DNA from: Gemmatimonadota bacterium
Lineage (GTDB): Bacteria > Latescibacterota > UBA2968 > UBA8231
Direction: 5' to 3'
DNA length: 21,132 nt
Assembly: GCA_038153405.1 (NCBI GenBank)
Contig: JAYOYH010000064.1
Location: 1-21,132 of the forward strand
Position 1 is the first letter of the stretch; each line of letters opens with the position of its first letter. The position numbers were made by a program, and so were the translations under genes. Shown here piece by piece: positions 18,255 through 21,132 of the stretch. The notes under the pieces are model-generated. The model did no database searches and was not told the origin of the DNA. It saw only the letters and a program-made list of their open reading frames with translations.

Positions 18255-19039
18255 GAGTTGACCTCGTCAATCAGGTGCAGCATCTGCCCGGTCAGCGCTT
18301 CGTTGCCGGCGACCAGGCCACCGCGCAGTAGGGGGTCGGGTTGGTTGTAGTGGCGCTGACGGCCCGTTAGGTCGAGCATGCGCCCACCCGACTCGCGCAC
18401 CAGCAGGTCGCCGGCGCAGATATCCCACTCGTTTTTGCTCTGCACGCTAAAGTTGAAATCGCAGGCACCAGCGGCTACCAGCGCCAGTTTGTAGGCCACG
18501 CTGCCGACCGGCGTTATCGCACCCAGATGCGGACGGAAGGGGTCTATTTCGCCGCGCTTGTCCTCGCTGCGGCTGACGACCGATGTGGCCGTCGACAGGT
18601 CGTCTTGCTCTGAGCAAAACACGCGTTTGCCGTTGAGAAAAGTGCCGCCGTTGCGCACGGCTGCATAGAGGTCGTCTTTAGCCGGATTGAAGATGACGCC
18701 GACGCTGGGCACGCCGCCCTCGACCAGCGCGACGCAGACGACGTATTCGGGCAGGCCCTCCACAAATTCGCGCGTGCCGTCGATCGGATCGACGATCCAG
18801 GCCTTTTCTCGAGTCAGCCGCACGCCGTCGTCTACCGTTTCTTCGGAGAGCCAGCCGTAGTCGGGACGCGCCGCGAGCAGATGCTCTTTGAGCAGGGCAT
18901 TGGAGGCCAGATCGGCCGTGGTTAGCGGGTCGCCGCCGCCCTTGTCCTCGACGGTATATGCTCCCCTAAAATGCTGCAGCGTGAGGGCTCCGGCCTGGCG
19001 CGCGGCGTCCATGGCTAGCTCTAAGTCGGCGTGTTTCAA
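18251..19039 (-). CDS. cysQ: 3'(2'),5'-bisphosphate nucleotidase CysQ / inositol monophosphatase family
   Basis: DPLTTAD, WLSEE, WIVDPIDGTREF, GSVAYK, EWDICAG. Likely start TTG 19039; the ORF-track extension to 19129 is non-homologous and reaches the terminator U-tract. Confidence 0.85.
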   Translation of the reverse strand: MKHADLELAMDAARQAGALTLQHFRGAYTVEDKGGGDPLTTADLASNALLKEHLLAARPDYGWLSEETVDDGVRLTREKAWIVDPIDGTREFVEGLPEYVVCVALVEGGVPSVGVIFNPAKDDLYAAVRNGGTFLNGKRVFCSEQDDLSTATSVVSRSEDKRGEIDPFRPHLGAITPVGSVAYKLALVAAGACDFNFSVQSKNEWDICAGDLLVRESGGRMLDLTGRQRHYNQPDPLLRGGLVAGNEALTGQMLHLIDEVNS

Positions 19040-19127
19040 AAGGCAATATCCGGTTTGTATGAGCGAGCGCCTGAAAATAGGCGATGCGGCAAACGCGGGC
19101 AATGCTTGGTGGGGAGTGGGGCGGGGC

Positions 19128-19155
19128 AAAAAAAAGTCCCCACTTCCCTGTGGGG
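19128..19155 (-). terminator. Intrinsic terminator of a minus-strand transcript
   Basis: Minus strand CCCCAC-AGGGAA-GTGGGG-AC-TTTTTTTT. No credible minus-strand CDS ends upstream of it. Confidence 0.8.
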
Positions 19156-19280
19156 TTTAAGCCAACGTCCCTGTCGGCTGGATTTGTGCTGCTGCGCGTC
19201 GAGCACAATTCCTTTTAACTCGTTTATCGGCAAATTGCCGATCCTCTCCAGCGCTCTTTTCAACGGGTCTTCAGCTTGAC
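19128..19280 (-). ncRNA. Candidate structured sRNA or leader RNA with CsrA/RsmE-type GGA hairpins
   Basis: Four consecutive hairpins on -: AUCGGCA/UGCCGAU, UUGUGCU/AGCACAA, AGCCGAC-AGGGAC-GUUGGCU, CCCCAC-AGGGAA-GUGGGG-(AC)-U8. The 5' end is inferred. Confidence 0.55.
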
Positions 19281-19304
19281 ATATGAAGGGGGCAAAAGTA
19301 GATT
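19276..19304 (+). promoter_or_regulatory. Sigma70-type promoter for the downstream + strand genes
   Basis: TTGACA (19276-19281) - 17 nt - TAGATT (19299-19304). Confidence 0.75.
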
Positions 19305-19363
19305 GAAAACGCTCGACTTACCACTTTCCCATATGCAGAAACTGAGTGCTGATGAGATCAATT

Positions 19364-19996
19364 ATGCGATATATTGCGCTCTCTGTTGCGACGCTGCTGG
19401 CCGGTGTGACGGAGGGCGCAGAGGCGCAAATAGAGGCGGGTCAGGTGCGCACCCTGCTCGAGGAGCTCCAGTCCGACAACCTGTGGGGCGAAGCCGTGCT
19501 GGCCGGTGGTCAGATACGCTCCATACAAGTGGGCGAAATAGCGGAGGACAGCGTGCACGTCACCGAGGTTTACGGCGCCCTACAGCGCCGCCAGGCCACC
19601 TATGCCGTGGCCGATTTTAGCGCGCTGCGCCCGCTGGGCAGCGAGCGGATACAGCTGCGCCGGGCTGCCTACGGACGCAGCAAGTCCATGCTCGGAGCCC
19701 TGCTCTTAGAAACCGTCGTGCCTGGTGGCGGCTACCTCTATATTGGCGAAACGCGCCAGGCGCTGGCCCTATGGGGGCTGACGGGTGTGGCTGCGGCTAC
19801 CGCCATTGCCACGGGCGAAGACGGGGCGGCCGGCTGGGCCCCTCTGTCGGCGTGGATCAAGGTGGCGTCGCTCTTTCAACTGCGCGACAAGGTGCGGGCG
19901 ATGAACGCCAACGCTGTGGCTTGGCGCGTAGACGTCGGTGCGTTAGCCGGTCGGCAGGGTGCCGTGCCCGCGCTGAGCGTGCGCGTCGGCTTCTGA
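19364..19996 (+). CDS. Secreted/membrane hypothetical protein (TM2/DUF5683-like glycine-rich hairpin, C-terminal Phe)
   Basis: ATG 19364 gives signal peptide MRYIALSVATLLAGVTEGAEA/Q; motif ALLLETVVPGGGYLYIGE..QAL followed by hydrophobic helices; ends ALSVRVGF. Confidence 0.7.
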   Translation: MRYIALSVATLLAGVTEGAEAQIEAGQVRTLLEELQSDNLWGEAVLAGGQIRSIQVGEIAEDSVHVTEVYGALQRRQATYAVADFSALRPLGSERIQLRRAAYGRSKSMLGALLLETVVPGGGYLYIGETRQALALWGLTGVAAATAIATGEDGAAGWAPLSAWIKVASLFQLRDKVRAMNANAVAWRVDVGALAGRQGAVPALSVRVGF

Positions 19997-20040
19997 GCGC
20001 GAAGTCGCTCAACAACAGGCAAGCGAACGAGGAGTAACAT

Positions 20041-20463
<423 letters not shown>

Positions 20464-20483
20464 GCGCGCAGATACGTAGATAG

Positions 20484-20525
20484 AAAAAGAGCGGGGTCGG
20501 TTGCCACTGGGCGACCGACCCCGCT
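20484..20525. terminator. Intrinsic terminator hairpin between convergent genes
   Basis: AGCGGGGTCGGTTGCC-ACTG-GGCGACCGACCCCGCT (20490-20525, 15/16). The A-tract at 20484-20488 gives a U-tract on the minus strand. Confidence 0.75.
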
Positions 20526-20628
20526 GCCGTTTATCACTTAAAGCAGATGGTGCGAATTGCTGGCGCCCGGTGCGCGCGCCGGCCCCCGCGCCCCGGCGCC
20601 CCGCGAAGGCGGGCGCGGCGAGGCTGAG

Positions 20629-21132
20629 CTACACCGCGCCGGAGTCGTCGGCATGGGCTTCCTCGAGGGTGTCCTTGTAGCGGACGTCGGGGCTTTCGAT
20701 GCCGTGGAGCATCATGTTCATGCTCCCGATGCGGAGCATGGTGGAATCGAAATCAAAGCCATGAAAGATGTCCTCGGAAAAGCGCTTGCGGGCGGCTTCG
20801 TCGGCAAAGATCTCGGCCTGGTGGTTCTCGCGCAGGTATTCCCCGGCGGCCACGAGGAATCCGCAGGTCCCGCAGGCGGGGTCGCAGATGACGTCGGCGG
20901 GGGTGGGCGCGGTCATCTTCACCATCAGATCGATGATGTGGCGGGGGGTGCGAAACTGTCCGTTTTGCCCGGCGGAGGCGATCTTGCCCAGCATGTATTC
21001 GTAGACGTCGCCCTTGAGGTCGCGGTCGTGCATGGGGAGCTCGTCGAGCCGGTCGATGACGTTGGCGAGCAGGCGGGGTGTAGGCATGATGAAGAGGGCC
21101 TCCTTCATGTGGGAAGCGTAGAGGCTTTCGGG
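20629..21132 (-). pseudogene. hsdM: Type I restriction-modification methyltransferase subunit, truncated before motif IV (5' end outside window)
   Basis: Frame is open to the window edge. KGDVYEYML, GQNGQFRTPRHII, motif I DPACGTCGFL, GFDFDSTMLRIGSMNMMLHG; TAG at 20629-20631 precedes the expected NPPF motif. Confidence 0.85.

Noticed and set aside
19156..19262. Assignment of the RNA to SAM-I, glycine or cobalamin riboswitch, SRP RNA or tracrRNA
   Set aside because: Only short fragments match; defining cores (GCAACC, CCGAAG/CUCAGG, B12 box, SRP GGAAG-AGCAG loop) are missing, and there are no cas genes or arrays.
19036..19263. 75-aa minus-strand ORF across the candidate RNA (leader peptide?)
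   Set aside because: TTG start without a clear RBS, runs through the terminator and U-tract, no recognisable motif or codon run.
19338..19375. CTGATGAG with nearby GAAAC, like a hammerhead ribozyme core
   Set aside because: No GAAA after a stem II and no room for stems I/III.
20621..20638. Minus-strand CGCGGTGTAGCTCAGCCT resembling a tRNA 5' end (integration scar?)
   Set aside because: No anticodon or T arm follows; att scars usually copy tRNA 3' ends; better explained as corrupted hsdM codons.

Overview
GC-rich bacterial DNA; the lineage cannot be fixed from sequence alone. Left to right: (1) the end of a Bat operon (partial BatC-like gene with a QQD tandem repeat, batD, batE) and a Gfo/Idh/MocA oxidoreductase on +, closed by a 26-bp perfect inverted repeat. 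(2) An ~11.8 kb minus-strand signalling cluster (15816->4001): FapA/DUF342 paralogue 2, a soluble PAS histidine kinase, a membrane PAS histidine kinase, REC-HDOD, REC-GAF, FapA paralogue 1, REC-coiled coil and REC-histidine kinase. It has no DNA-binding, cyclic-nucleotide, chemotaxis or flagellar gene. (3) A cysQ-like/polX-PHP/udk operon on -. (4) An intergenic, terminator-ended structured RNA candidate on - with two hairpin loops matching the CsrA/RsmE site, back to back with a near-consensus sigma70 promoter on +. (5) A secreted hypothetical protein and a ferredoxin:thioredoxin reductase catalytic subunit. (6) A type I R-M hsdM that stops just before its catalytic NPPF motif. The best candidates for something undescribed are the twin-FapA phosphorelay and the ncRNA at ~19128-19280.
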